Positions 15,764 through 25,558 are shown, numbered from the stretch's first letter. The stretch is 64,000 nucleotides of DNA from an uncultured Vicinamibacterales bacterium (GCA_958295905.1 OY282382.1:4582910-4646909); one strand, 5' to 3'. Numbers and translations are program-made. Notes: a model not told the origin generated them from the letters alone.

Positions 15764-17262
15764 TTTCCGGACCCGGTCGCCGAAGGCGGGAGCGGTAGCC
15801 CGGGTTGTTGCATGTCTTCCCGATGCATGACTCTCGTAGCGCCGACATGCGGCGCGGCGCCATCAACGTCGATGGCCTGCAGGGGGTTCAGGTAGGCCAA
15901 CAGGTCTCCCCGCGCAACCGTAGGCTCGTCAGAACTCTCTTCATGCCGCCACGTGCCCGGCAGGTGACGAATGGAGAGCCGTGACACCGCTGATTCCCCA
16001 CCGCGGCCGGCATGCGCCACGAGCAGCGCATCGTCATGAACGCACGCCACGACGGACGGCGAGTGCGTGTTGATGATGACCTGTCGAAGCGGGTTGTCGG
16101 CATCGACCGGTTCCGCAGCGTCCACGGCAAGCTCACCCAGCAGTTCAATCACGGCCGAGATTCGGAGCGGATGCATCCCGTTCTCGGGTTCTTCCAGGCA
16201 CAGAAGCCGCCTGCTCCCGGGATCGGATTCCATGACGGTGAGGGCGAGAAACCGCAGTGTGCCGTCGGACAACGCGCCCGCGACGTGCTCGGTGTCCTGG
16301 AGGTCCGTCATCACGATACTCAGAAGCTGTCGCTTGTCGTCTACGTCCACGGTAATCCCGCGCACGTTCTCGACCAGTTCGGAGAGCTTGTTCGCGACGC
16401 GGGCATAGACGTCCCGCTCTCCGCCGGGGTGATCCCGCTGCGCCGCCTGCGCAAGGTCGTGCAGCGTTGCGGGCAGGTGAGCGCCGCTCGGTCCCATGCT
16501 GCGCGGCGCCGTGAAGGCGTCCGGCACCCGCAGCGCCGAGGGCTCGAGCTGGAGTTGCGTCCATCGCGCCATTTCTTGACGGGCCAGCACCAACGTTCGG
16601 TGCTCGGCGGCATTGTTGACCGACGACAACATGGTGCGCGGCAGGTTCGCGGCGGAAACACGACGTGGGCGGCCGCCGCCCAGACCCGCCACGCTGTCTG
16701 CGTGCAGTGACACGACGGGTCCGCCTTCACCCTCGTTCTCCGTCGAAATATAGGGACTGGTGCGACGCCCCTTGACGACGGAGTCCCGCCACGGTTTCTT
16801 GTGCGGAAAACCGAGCCGATTCTTCGCCTCGGACCGGTTGATATGCACCAATCTCTCACGGACGATCTCCAGCCCGCCGATCGTTCTGATGGTGGGGTCC
16901 TGGCGATAGCGCAGCTCCAGCTCGTACTGGAGAAACGTCATCGATGCCTTGGCCGCCTGACCCAGTTCGTCTTCACCTTCCTCGGGAATCAGGAACTCGG
17001 CCGCGAACGTCATCTTGTCGGCGACGTGGTCGCCGTTGCGACGGAAGAGGCTCCACACATCACCTCGTCGAGAGTCCCCGCCCCGAACGGTTGACGCTGC
17101 TTCCACCAGCGGTTTGTCCGCCAACGCCGCGAGAAAGGAGATCGCGTCGAACAAATTGGACTTTCCGACGCCGTTGGGTCCGGCAATGCACGTGAAGGGG
17201 CCCAGCCGAACATCGATCCGGTCGAGATTCTTGAACCCGTCCACCTTGAGGCGCGTGAGCAC
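15760..17262 (-). CDS. ABC/SMC-type ATPase (AAA_15/AAA_21-like, as in OLD and PARIS AriA)
   Basis: LKVDGFKNLDRIDVRLGPFTCIAGPNGVGKSNLFDAISFL gives the N-terminal Walker A, and LLCLEEPENGMHP gives the Walker B/D-loop. I set the start at GTG 17262, just before the conserved N-terminus. The 75 codons further upstream in the ORF look non-coding. Confidence 0.8.
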   Translation of the reverse strand: MLTRLKVDGFKNLDRIDVRLGPFTCIAGPNGVGKSNLFDAISFLAALADKPLVEAASTVRGGDSRRGDVWSLFRRNGDHVADKMTFAAEFLIPEEGEDELGQAAKASMTFLQYELELRYRQDPTIRTIGGLEIVRERLVHINRSEAKNRLGFPHKKPWRDSVVKGRRTSPYISTENEGEGGPVVSLHADSVAGLGGGRPRRVSAANLPRTMLSSVNNAAEHRTLVLARQEMARWTQLQLEPSALRVPDAFTAPRSMGPSGAHLPATLHDLAQAAQRDHPGGERDVYARVANKLSELVENVRGITVDVDDKRQLLSIVMTDLQDTEHVAGALSDGTLRFLALTVMESDPGSRRLLCLEEPENGMHPLRISAVIELLGELAVDAAEPVDADNPLRQVIINTHSPSVVACVHDDALLVAHAGRGGESAVSRLSIRHLPGTWRHEESSDEPTVARGDLLAYLNPLQAIDVDGAAPHVGATRVMHREDMQQPGLPLPPSATGSGK

Positions 17263-17575
17263 TTTGTTGGATTGCCTTGGACGAGGCCATCTCTCGGAAA
17301 CGGGGGCCGGGAAGCGAAAATGAACCGGATCCGGCGCTCGATGTTTGTCGTCGCCGCCTGCCGACAGCCTACCACGGCGCACCGCTGCGCGACACGGTCG
17401 ATGTCCCCGGCGGGCAGGTCGGTCGTGCTCCAACTCAACCAAGGCAGATAGCAGACGATCGATCCATGCGCCGCTTTGTGGTTCCAACCTGACGCGATTC
17501 GAGAATCGGCGATAAGCTATTCAGTCATTTGGGGACCGTCCTGCGCGACGCTGGACACCTTCTGCGCGCCATCGG

Positions 17576-19801
17576 CTACTCAGGCAGGGAGAAGACGTAG
17601 AGCGCATTCCCGCCCTCCGGCTGGAAGATCTCCGGCGTGAGCTGCGCGGTGAGGCCCCGGAACGCGCCCCCCAGCGAAGCGGGGACGGCGATGAACTGCC
17701 GCCCGCCCGCCTCGTAGGTGATGGGATAGCCGTGCGCGGCGGCGCCGAGGCGGGTCTCCCAGAGGACCTCCCCGGTCCGGACGTCGAACGCCCGGTAGTA
17801 GCGGTCGGCGTCGCCCGCGAAGACGAGGCCGCCCGCCGTCGTCAGCGTCGACGTCAGGAACGCGGCCCGCTGCCCGCGGCTCCACAGCTCCTCCATCGTC
17901 CGGACGTCGTAGGCGGCGAGCTTCCCCACGTTCCCGTTCGAGCCGGGCATCCCGCGGAACTCGGACCGGCCCGCCACGCCGCCGCCGCCCTCGACGAACT
18001 CCACTTCGCGGCCGGTCAGGTACATGCAGGCTTGGTGGAGCGGAATCACGAGCGCGCCGGCCCCGGGGTGATACGCCGACGCCTGCCAGTTGTGGCCGCC
18101 GAGCAGGCTGGGACAGGCGGGCACGCGGTCGCCGATGCCGGCGTCACGGATGTCCTGCCGGTAGGTCAGCTCGCCGGTGGTGCGGTCGATCGACGCGAAG
18201 ACGTCCTGGTAGACGGTCTCGCGCAGGTCGACGAGCGCGCCGGTCCGCCGGTCGAGCTTCCAGAGGATGCCGTCCTTCCCGATCGTGAACAGCCACTTCT
18301 CGCCGTCGGCGTCGACGAGAACGCGCTCGTAGACGATGTCGAGGTCGAGGGTTTCGCCCGGGGCGTGCTGGAAGTACCACTCGACCTGCCCGGTGCGCGG
18401 GTTCAGAGCCAGCGTCGAGTTCGTGTACAGCGCGTCCTGCCGCGTCGTCATGCCGCGGCTCGCGGCCACCCACGGCTTGGTCTGCGCGGTGCCGATGTAG
18501 AAGAGACCGAGGTCCGGGTCGTAGCTGCCCGGGATCCACGAGTCGCCGCCCGCGCGCAGATACGGCGGCGTGTCGCCCCACGACGCGTCGTTCGGATCGC
18601 CGGGCAGGGCGATGGTCGAGGTCCGCCACAGCTCCTCGCCGGTCTCGGGGTCGTGCCCGGTGATGAAGCAGGTCTGCGCCTTGTAGCGATTGCAGCCGTT
18701 CATCCCGCTGATGACGACACCGTCGGCGACGACGGGGCCGGAGTTCTGGCGGAAGCCCTGCGTGTAGTCCGCCTTCACGGCGCGCCATGCCTCGGCCCCG
18801 GTCCGCGCGTCGAGGGCGACGAGGGCCGCGTCGTGGGTGGCCAAGTAGACCTTGTCGCCGTAGAGCGCAAGCGTGCGGGTCGCGGCCCGCTGCGGCGCAT
18901 CCTCGGGCAGCGGCCATCGATACTGCCAGATGACGTCGCCGGCCACCGCGTCTATCGCCTGCACCACGTTCCCCGGACTGGCGAGGAACATCACGCCGTC
19001 GTGCACCAGCGGCGTCGTCTGGTGGTTGCCCTCCCGAATCGCCAGCACCCAGGCCAGCCGCAGCTCGTCGACGTTGTCGCGCGTGATCCGGCCGAGGGGA
19101 CTGTAGCCGTGGCTGTCGCGCGTCCGCCGCCAGCTCAGCCAGTCGCCGGGCGGCGGGTCCGCGAGCAGCGCGTCGGTCACCGGGGTCAGATCGTGCGGCG
19201 CCTCCCGGTTGACGAACCGCGTCGGCCGGCGCCGCGGCGGCTCGCCTTGCTCGGCCGCGCGCCGCGCCTCGTCGACGTCAGCCGCACCGCCGATCGCCAC
19301 CGCCGCGCCGGGGGTCAGCGGCGCGGCGCCGGGCCGGGCACCGTTCGCATCGAGGATGTACGCGACCAGGTTCAGGTAGACCCGATCGCCGAGCGAGCCC
19401 CCGAGGCCGGGGGGCATCTCGTCGCGCACGTATGCGAACAACTCGTCCGTCGTCTGCCCCGCCCAGCCGTTCAGAAAGTCGACCCCGCGCAGCGGCGGGG
19501 CTTCCGCCCCGTCCAGCCCCTCGCCGTGGCATTCGCCGCACTGCCGCGCATACACCGTCCACCCGGCGGCGGCCTGTTCCGCCGTGAAGCCGCCGCCCGC
19601 CCCCTGGGCCCGCGCCGCCCCCGACGCCGCGGCGCCCCCGGGCCAGACAACCGATCCGCCGATGGAGCCGCCCGCCGCGATCAGTGCGGCGGCCGCCACC
19701 CGGACCACCGCCGGATTCCGTCCCCGGCGCGCGCGGGGGGTTTCTCCTTGCGCTCCGCGCCAACGCGATCCGCCGACGCCGACGCAAGTTCCCTTCGACA
19801 T
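17576..19801 (-). CDS. PQQ-dependent dehydrogenase with N-terminal cytochrome c domain
   Basis: [15 protein letters not shown]...LNLVAYIL is a class-I cytochrome c domain. It is followed by quinoprotein beta-propeller repeats ([64 protein letters not shown]). Confidence 0.85.
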   Translation of the reverse strand: MSKGTCVGVGGSRWRGAQGETPRARRGRNPAVVRVAAAALIAAGGSIGGSVVWPGGAAASGAARAQGAGGGFTAEQAAAGWTVYARQCGECHGEGLDGAEAPPLRGVDFLNGWAGQTTDELFAYVRDEMPPGLGGSLGDRVYLNLVAYILDANGARPGAAPLTPGAAVAIGGAADVDEARRAAEQGEPPRRRPTRFVNREAPHDLTPVTDALLADPPPGDWLSWRRTRDSHGYSPLGRITRDNVDELRLAWVLAIREGNHQTTPLVHDGVMFLASPGNVVQAIDAVAGDVIWQYRWPLPEDAPQRAATRTLALYGDKVYLATHDAALVALDARTGAEAWRAVKADYTQGFRQNSGPVVADGVVISGMNGCNRYKAQTCFITGHDPETGEELWRTSTIALPGDPNDASWGDTPPYLRAGGDSWIPGSYDPDLGLFYIGTAQTKPWVAASRGMTTRQDALYTNSTLALNPRTGQVEWYFQHAPGETLDLDIVYERVLVDADGEKWLFTIGKDGILWKLDRRTGALVDLRETVYQDVFASIDRTTGELTYRQDIRDAGIGDRVPACPSLLGGHNWQASAYHPGAGALVIPLHQACMYLTGREVEFVEGGGGVAGRSEFRGMPGSNGNVGKLAAYDVRTMEELWSRGQRAAFLTSTLTTAGGLVFAGDADRYYRAFDVRTGEVLWETRLGAAAHGYPITYEAGGRQFIAVPASLGGAFRGLTAQLTPEIFQPEGGNALYVFSLPE

Positions 19802-19940
19802 GATCGCAACTCCCCGGCGCCGTCAGAGGGCGCCTCCAGATCGCGTAGCCGCCTGTGCCGCCGTTATATACCACCGACAGGGCGGCGGCGCCATGTGCCA
19901 CCGCCAGGGCGCCGTCCACGGCGCACTCCGGCCGGCATCC

Positions 19941-20102
19941 CAGGGCATCCCACGCTGACTGCGCGTAACGGCCCGCCCCCGATTCAAGGGGTCGCCACCG
20001 TCTTGCCGACCGGCCGGCGCCGCGTGAGACCCACGATTCCGCCCGTCCGGAGCCCCAAGACCCGCCTCGATTCTGCCGGCGCACGGCGGCGGCGGAGCGT
20101 GG
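19941..20102 (+). mobile_element. family-1 MITE copy C, left 162 bp (interrupted by IS21)
   Basis: CAGGGCATCCCACGCTGACTGCGCGTAACGG...GGCGGAGCGTGG breaks off 12-15 bp before the expected end. The remainder lies at 23199-23213. The matching 9-bp TSD is CCGGCATCC (19932-19940) and CCGGAATCC (23214-23222). Confidence 0.8.
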
Positions 20103-20152
20103 TGTTGTCGAGCGCCTGAAAGTGATCATTTCTGCACCGCCATCGACTGTGC

Positions 20153-20968
20153 TCACTGCTGACCGCCGTTGTCGGCTGCCCGTTTGCGGGACGGGCGTTT
20201 GCGGCTGCGCTGCTGCCGGGTGAGTTCGGCCTCGCGGCGGCGGTAGCTCTGGCCTTCGATGACGAGGAGCTCCGCGTGGTGGGTCAGGCGGTCGATCAGG
20301 GCGACGGCGCAGGAGGCATTGGGGAAGACGGTGTCCCAGTGCTTGAAGGGCAGGTTGGTGGTAATCAGCAGGGACCGGCGTTCGTAACGGCGGCTGACGA
20401 GCTGGAAGATGAGGTCGGCGGCGCGTGCATCGTAGGCGAGGTAGCCGACCTCGTCGACCGCGAGCAGCGAGGGCCGGGTGTAGTGCTTGAGGCGGCGTTC
20501 GAGGACCCGGGCAGTCTCCTGTCCGCTGAGGTCGAGGAGGAGGTCGGCGGCGGTGGTGAAGAGGGCGGAATGGCCGGCGAGGATGGCTTGGTGGGCGATG
20601 TTCTTGGCGAGCATGGTCTTGCCGAGGCCCTGGGCGCCGACGAGGATGACGTTCTCGCCGCGGGAGAGGAAGTCGAGGGAGAGGATGCGTTCGAGGGCGG
20701 GTCGGTCGAGGGTGGTCGGCCAGTTCCAGTCCCAGTCGGCGAGGGGCTTGAAGCGTCCGAGTCGGGCGCAGGTGAGTCGGCGCTCGACGCTGCGTCGCTG
20801 TCGGTCTTCGAGTTCGGCGGCGGCGATGTGTTCGAGCAGGGCGGTCGGGCTCCAGCGCTTGCGGGTGGCCATGGCGATGATGTCGTTGAGGTCGTCGGCG
20901 GTGCGGTTGAGTCCGAGTCGGCGGAGTTCAGTCGCCGGCGTCGTCGGGGTTGTGTCGGCCGAGGGCAT
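20153..20968 (-). CDS. istB: IS21 helper ATPase IstB
   Basis: Motifs are MPSADTTPT...RKRWSPTALLEHIAAAELEDRQRRSVERRL, Walker A (ILVGAQGLGKT) and Walker B (LLAVDEVGY). The start overlaps the end of istA. Confidence 0.85.
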   Translation of the reverse strand: MPSADTTPTTPATELRRLGLNRTADDLNDIIAMATRKRWSPTALLEHIAAAELEDRQRRSVERRLTCARLGRFKPLADWDWNWPTTLDRPALERILSLDFLSRGENVILVGAQGLGKTMLAKNIAHQAILAGHSALFTTAADLLLDLSGQETARVLERRLKHYTRPSLLAVDEVGYLAYDARAADLIFQLVSRRYERRSLLITTNLPFKHWDTVFPNASCAVALIDRLTHHAELLVIEGQSYRRREAELTRQQRSRKRPSRKRAADNGGQQ

Positions 20969-22429
20969 CGTAGGTCTCCAGGTCATGTGGCCGGACGTCG
21001 AGGTCCCGCAGTCCGGGTCGGTCGGGCAGAGCGAGGCGGAGCGGTGGTTTGAGTCCGCGCCGTCGCCGTCGCGTTTCGAGGATGTGGGCGATGGAGCCGG
21101 CGCCGGGGGCGTCACGTTGGAGGGCGTCGGCAACGGCGGCGGCGAGTTCCTGCGGCCCGTAATCGTCGAGGAGAGCGAGCAGTCGGGTGGCGTGGGGTCT
21201 GAGCGCTTCTCCGCGCTCGGCGAGTCGCTCGAAGAGGGCGGCGGTGGCGGGGACGGCGGCGCGGAGGCGGTCGCGGGTGGTGTGGGTGTTGGTCTGGCGG
21301 GTGGCGGCGAGGAGCCCTTCGAGATGGTCGGGTCCTCGACGGTCTGTGCGGTGTCGTAGCTGCGGCGGTGGCGGGCGAGCTCGGTCTGTTGATCGAGGAT
21401 GCGGACGCGGGTGTCGCCGGCGAGCAGCGTCAGGGGCTTTCGGACGTGGGTGTGGGGGATGGAGTAGAGATTGCGGTCGAAGCGGACGTAGGGGGTCTTT
21501 CCGGAGCGGACGGCGCGGACGAGTTCGGTCTCGAAGGGATGGGCGGGGAGCGGGAGCAGCCGGGGCTGCTCTTCGGCCCAGGCGTCGGTGACGGTGCGGT
21601 CCGGCATCTCGGGGTGGCGCCGTTGGTGGGCGACCCCGTCGCGCCGGCGCCGGAACTGGGTGTTGAGGTCGTCGAGGTCTCGGAAGGGCCTGGCGGCGAA
21701 GAAGGCATGCCGCAGGTATTGGATCTGTCGTTCGACCTTTCCTTTCTCGTTGCCGCGTCCCGGCGTGCAGGGGCGGGGGGCGAAGTGGTAGTGGCCGGCG
21801 AGTTCGAGCAGTCGGGGGTGGAACTGGACGGCGGCGCCGCGGCGGTCGAGGACGGCGGTTCGGAGGTTGTCGTAGACGAGGGTGCGGGCGACGTCGCCGA
21901 GGGCCTGGAAGGCCTCGACGTGTCCGCGGAGGAAGCTCTCGAGGGTCTGGTCGAGGGTGAAGAGGGCGGCGACGGCGCGGGAGTAGCCGAGGACCATGAC
22001 GAATCCGGAGACGGCGCGGGTGCCGCGTCCGATGCGGACCTTGCCGAAGGAGCCCCAGTCGACCTGTGCGGACTCGCCGGGCAGGGTGACGACGCGGCGG
22101 TAGACGGTGCGGGTGGACTCGGGGCGCAGGCGTCGGACGAGGCGTCGGACCTGGATGACGGAGCCGGGATAGCCGCGCTGGCGGACCATCTCGTGGATGC
22201 GGGTGGCGCGCAGGGTGGGGTACTGGGCCGGGGTGTCGCGGATGAACGGCAGATAGGGGTCGAGGGCGCTGGGCCGGCACGCGCCCCGGCGGACGCCCCC
22301 CGCCCCGCGCTCGACGGCGGCGCGGACGGTCTCACGGTGGAGGCCGAGTTGGGCCGCGATGGTGCCGAGCTTCCAGTGCTCGCCGTAATAGAGGCGCCGG
22401 ATCTCGGCGCGCTGCGCGGGCGTGATCAT
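20928..22429 (-). pseudogene. istA: IS21 transposase IstA, frameshifted
   Basis: The N-terminal HTH and DDE core (MITPAQRAEIRRLYYGEHW...AQVDWG...YDNLRTAV...NEKGKVER) are in one frame up to ...SYDTAQTVEDP. The conserved continuation (DHLEGLLAATRQ...DLETYDAL) is in the frame of ORF 20928-22280. One nt appears to be missing near 21330, and the length of 1502 nt is not a multiple of 3. Confidence 0.8.
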
Positions 22430-22811
22430 CGTCCCTCCCCCTCCGAACGCCGCCGGGCTCCGGCATCGGGACCAGCCACCGGCTCTGCCGGCCGCAGACC
22501 ACACAGCGCGTGGGCGCAGGCGCGGGAACCGGGGCGGCGTCGGGAACGGGGAGTCTGTCCGACGGCCGGGGTGCGGGGGAAGTGTGATCCGTCACACGAC
22601 GCCGGGCGCGGTAGGCGCGTTGCCGGTCGCGGTGGTCGAGGCGCCCTTCGGGGCTGCGCTGATGGCGGGCGTTGGCGGCTCGGACCGCCCGGCGGCGACC
22701 GGCCGCCCGGCACCGCGGCGTGCAGTAGGCCTGGCCGCGGTAACACGCCGCGCAGACGGCGAAGAGTCGGTGGCAGTGTCGGCAGGTCTTCTGGCGGAGG
22801 GGCTGGTCCAC
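22332..22811 (-). CDS. small Cys-rich basic protein carried inside the IS21 element (passenger ORF)
   Basis: MDQPLRQKTCRHCHRLFAVCAACYRGQAYCTPRCRAAGRRRAVRAANARHQRSPEGRLDHRDRQRAYRARRR has zinc-ribbon-like CxxC pairs followed by an Arg-rich tail. The true stop is uncertain because the ORF overlaps the istA start. Confidence 0.35.
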   Translation of the reverse strand: MDQPLRQKTCRHCHRLFAVCAACYRGQAYCTPRCRAAGRRRAVRAANARHQRSPEGRLDHRDRQRAYRARRRVTDHTSPAPRPSDRLPVPDAAPVPAPAPTRCVVCGRQSRWLVPMPEPGGVRRGRDDDHARAARRDPAPLLRRALEARHHRGPTRPPP

Positions 22812-23198
22812 GGCGTCGGAGCGCGCGGGGCGGTCTCCGACTGGACAACGAGCCTGAACCGTGGCACAACAGCAGGGACCGGCTCGGTCTGTCGGAGCTC
22901 GGGGCGGTCACGAGGGTCCGGGGGCACAACCGGACCCTCACCCCCCACGTCTGAGTCCGCTCCCTACGCTATCCGAACGCACTGCCGATCGCCAGCGCCG
23001 GGGCTGTGGACGCCGCCGCTCCCCATGGACGCAAAGAGCGCGCCCACAGGGAGCTTGGAAAACCGCGAAGAACGCGGTTTCCCACAGCGCCCACAGCCAT
23101 CATTTTCATCTTCTTCAAGATCTACACGAGAGACCGGTACCGGGGCCGGGCGCACCGGCGGATGTCGAGAATTGATCAGTTTTTCGCGACTCTTAACA

Positions 23199-23213
23199 CG
23201 GGGGGATGGTCCT
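23199..23213 (+). mobile_element. family-1 MITE copy C, right terminal 15 bp
   Basis: CGGGGGGATGGTCCTG is the canonical MITE end (...GTGGGATGGTCCTG). It is followed by the TSD partner CCGGAATCC. Confidence 0.7.
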
Positions 23214-23347
23214 GCCGGAATCCGGGCCCCCGCTTTGCGTTGACGGCACGGGGTGGCATGATGGGACGCACGCTCCGGGACCGACCGGACCAACCTTGCG
23301 ATCATGGGGCTGGCGGGCGAGGTCCCCGGACTATGGAGGAGGTTGGA

Positions 23348-25525
23348 ATGGCGCGCAGTGTGTTGTCTTCGAGCCGGATCGCGGTCGCGGGAGCGGTTGC
23401 CGTCACCCTGTCGCTGGTCGCGGCGCCCGCCGGTCAGGCGCCCGCCGGGGCGATCGCGATGGACGGCGACGACATCGCCGGGGTGGTCGCCGGCCCGAAC
23501 GGCCCCGAGGCCGGGGTCTGGGTGATCGCAGAGACGCGCAATCTGCCCACCCGCCACGCCAAGATCGTCGTGACGGACGATGCGGGACGCTACCTCCTCC
23601 CCGATCTGCCGCAGGCCACCTACGACGTGTGGGTGCGCGGCTACGGGCTGGTCGACTCCGAGAAGGTGCAGGCGCAGCCGGGCGCGGCCCTCGATCTCAC
23701 CGCGGTCGCCGCCCCCGACGCCGCGGCGGCGGCCGAGTACTACCCGGCGCAGGACTGGTTCGCCCTGCTCGAGGTCCCGGGGCCGGACGAGTTCCCCGGC
23801 ACGGGGTCGGCCGGGAACGGCATCTCGCCGGACATCGAGAGCCAGGGCGAGTGGATCCGCTCGGTCGTCAACACGGACGGCTGCACCGGATGCCACGCGC
23901 TGGGGAACAAGGCCACGCGGGAAATTCCCGATGCGCTCGGCGACTTCGACTCGCATCTCGCCGCGTGGGACCGCCGGGTGCAGTCCGGGCAGGCGGGCGC
24001 CGCCATGGACGCGCGGCTGGCCGTGGTCGGGCGCGACCGCGCGCTGGCGATGTACGCCGACTGGACCGACCGCATCCAGGCCGGCGAGTACCCGATGACA
24101 CCGCCGGCCCGCCCCCGGGGCGTGGAGCGGAACGTCGTCGTCAGCTTGTGGGACTGGTCGGATCCGCAGGCGTACATGCATGACCTGATCTCCGCCGACA
24201 AGCGCGACCCCACCGTCAACGCGAACGGCCCGGTCTACGGCGCCCCCGAGAACAGCACCGACGACATGCCCGTCGTCGACCCGAACACGCACATGGCCGG
24301 CGTGGTGCCGCTGCAGGTCCGCGACGCAGACACGCCGAGCTCGGCGTCGACCCCGCCCAAGATGCCGTCGCCGTACTGGGGCGGCGAGGTCATCTGGCAC
24401 AGCCGCAGCGTCGCCCACAGCTTCGCCATGGACAGCCGGGCGCGCGTCTGGATCGCGGCCCGGGTGCGTGCGGCCGAGACCCCGGCCTTCTGCCGGCCGG
24501 GGTCGACTCATCCGTCCGCGCAGGCGTTCCCCATCGAGCGCAGCAACCGGCAGGTCCAGATGTACGACCCCGAGACGCAGGAGGTCACCACCGTCAACAC
24601 CTGCTTCGGGACCCACCACCTGAACTTCGCCTACGACGACAAGCTGTGGTTCTGCGGCAGCGGGCCGGTGGTCGCGTGGTTCGACACGAAGGTGTTCGAC
24701 GAAACCGGCGACGAAGAGCTGGCGCAGGGCTGGACGGTGCAGGTGCTGGACACCAACGGCAACGGCCGGCGGGACGAGTACGTCGAGCCGGGCGAGCCGC
24801 TGGATCCCGCGAAGGACATGCGCATCGAGCGCGGCTTCTACGGTGTCGCCCCCAGTCCGCTCGACGGATCGATCTGGGGCTCGACCCTGGGGTTTCCGGG
24901 CGGGCTCGTGAGACTCGTGCCGGGCGGCGATCCGGTCAACACCGCGCTGGTGGAGTTCTACGAGGTGCCCTGGAACGACCCCGACGCGCCGGTGCAGGGG
25001 TTCTCGCCCCGCGGCATGGACGTCGACAGCGACGGCGTCGTGTGGACGGTGCTGGCGAGCGGCCACTTCGCGAGCTTCGACCGCACGACGTGCACGGGTG
25101 CGCTCAACGGGCCCACCGCCACCGGCCGGCACTGCCCGGAGGGCTGGGCCCTCCATCAGTTCCCGGGGCCGAACTTCAAGGGGGCGGTCGATTCCGGGAG
25201 CGCCGAGTCGGCGTACTACAACTTCACCGACCGGTTCGACCTGCTGGGGCTCGGCGAGAACGTCCCGCTCGCCACCGGCAACCTGTCCGAGGGGGTGCTG
25301 GCGCTGGTGGACGGCGAGTTCCTCAACTTCCGCGTGCCCTACCCGCTCGGGAGCTTCTTCGGCAAGGGCCTCGACGGGCGGATCGACGACCCCGGCGCCG
25401 GCTGGAAGGGGCGGGGGATCTGGACGACGTCGGGCAGCCGCGCCCCGTTCCACGCCGAGGGCGGGACCGACCGCGTGGCGCCGGTCTTCAAGTTCCAGGT
25501 ACGGCCGGATCCGCTGGCCCACTAG
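23348..25525 (+). CDS. secreted protein with carboxypeptidase-regulatory-like domain and one CXXCH haem motif
   Basis: GGAGGA lies upstream of ATG 23348, followed by a signal peptide. VVAGPNGPEAGVWVIAETRNLPTRHAKIVVTDDAGRYLLPDLPQATYDVWV is CarboxypepD_reg-like, and it is followed by DGCTGCHALG. The antisense 895-aa ORF is a shadow ORF. Confidence 0.7.
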   Translation: MARSVLSSSRIAVAGAVAVTLSLVAAPAGQAPAGAIAMDGDDIAGVVAGPNGPEAGVWVIAETRNLPTRHAKIVVTDDAGRYLLPDLPQATYDVWVRGYGLVDSEKVQAQPGAALDLTAVAAPDAAAAAEYYPAQDWFALLEVPGPDEFPGTGSAGNGISPDIESQGEWIRSVVNTDGCTGCHALGNKATREIPDALGDFDSHLAAWDRRVQSGQAGAAMDARLAVVGRDRALAMYADWTDRIQAGEYPMTPPARPRGVERNVVVSLWDWSDPQAYMHDLISADKRDPTVNANGPVYGAPENSTDDMPVVDPNTHMAGVVPLQVRDADTPSSASTPPKMPSPYWGGEVIWHSRSVAHSFAMDSRARVWIAARVRAAETPAFCRPGSTHPSAQAFPIERSNRQVQMYDPETQEVTTVNTCFGTHHLNFAYDDKLWFCGSGPVVAWFDTKVFDETGDEELAQGWTVQVLDTNGNGRRDEYVEPGEPLDPAKDMRIERGFYGVAPSPLDGSIWGSTLGFPGGLVRLVPGGDPVNTALVEFYEVPWNDPDAPVQGFSPRGMDVDSDGVVWTVLASGHFASFDRTTCTGALNGPTATGRHCPEGWALHQFPGPNFKGAVDSGSAESAYYNFTDRFDLLGLGENVPLATGNLSEGVLALVDGEFLNFRVPYPLGSFFGKGLDGRIDDPGAGWKGRGIWTTSGSRAPFHAEGGTDRVAPVFKFQVRPDPLAH

Positions 25526-25558
25526 GAGTCTGCGCCGCAGACTGTGAGTCGAACGCGG
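25522..25558. repeat. solo IS1182-type terminal repeat plus IS630-end-like tail
   Basis: CTAGGAGTCTGCGCCGCAG is identical to the IS1182 terminus at 41884. It is followed by ACTGTGAGTCGAACGCGG (compare ACTTGAGTCGAACGACG at IS630 ends). The TAG inside the CTAG is the stop codon of the upstream gene. Confidence 0.6.

Larger units (their letters stand above)
20103..23198 (-). mobile_element. IS21-family insertion sequence (~3.1 kb) inserted into a MITE
   Basis: It contains istA and istB plus an extra upstream ORF. The termini are imperfect inverted repeats starting TGTT (left TGTTGTCGAGCGCCTGAAAGTGATC; right reverse complement TGTTAAGAGTCGCGAAAAACTGATC). The two MITE halves flank it. Confidence 0.75.

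Noticed and set aside
12695-17262. Treating ABC ATPase + Toprim-like + AlbA_2 + ParA as one four-gene operon.
   Set aside because: I have not adopted this as the primary call. The 175-bp spacer (14956-15130) contains an IS630 end remnant, which suggests the two pairs were juxtaposed by insertion or deletion events. The shared strand and proximity keep it as a possibility, noted in finding 1.
20153-22504. The 783-aa ORF as an IstA-IstB fusion protein.
   Set aside because: The middle ~130 residues are Pro/Ser/Thr junk. The conserved IstA C-terminus is in another frame (ORF 20928-22280). The apparent fusion is a by-product of a 1-nt frameshift that happens to put the IstA N-terminus in the istB frame.
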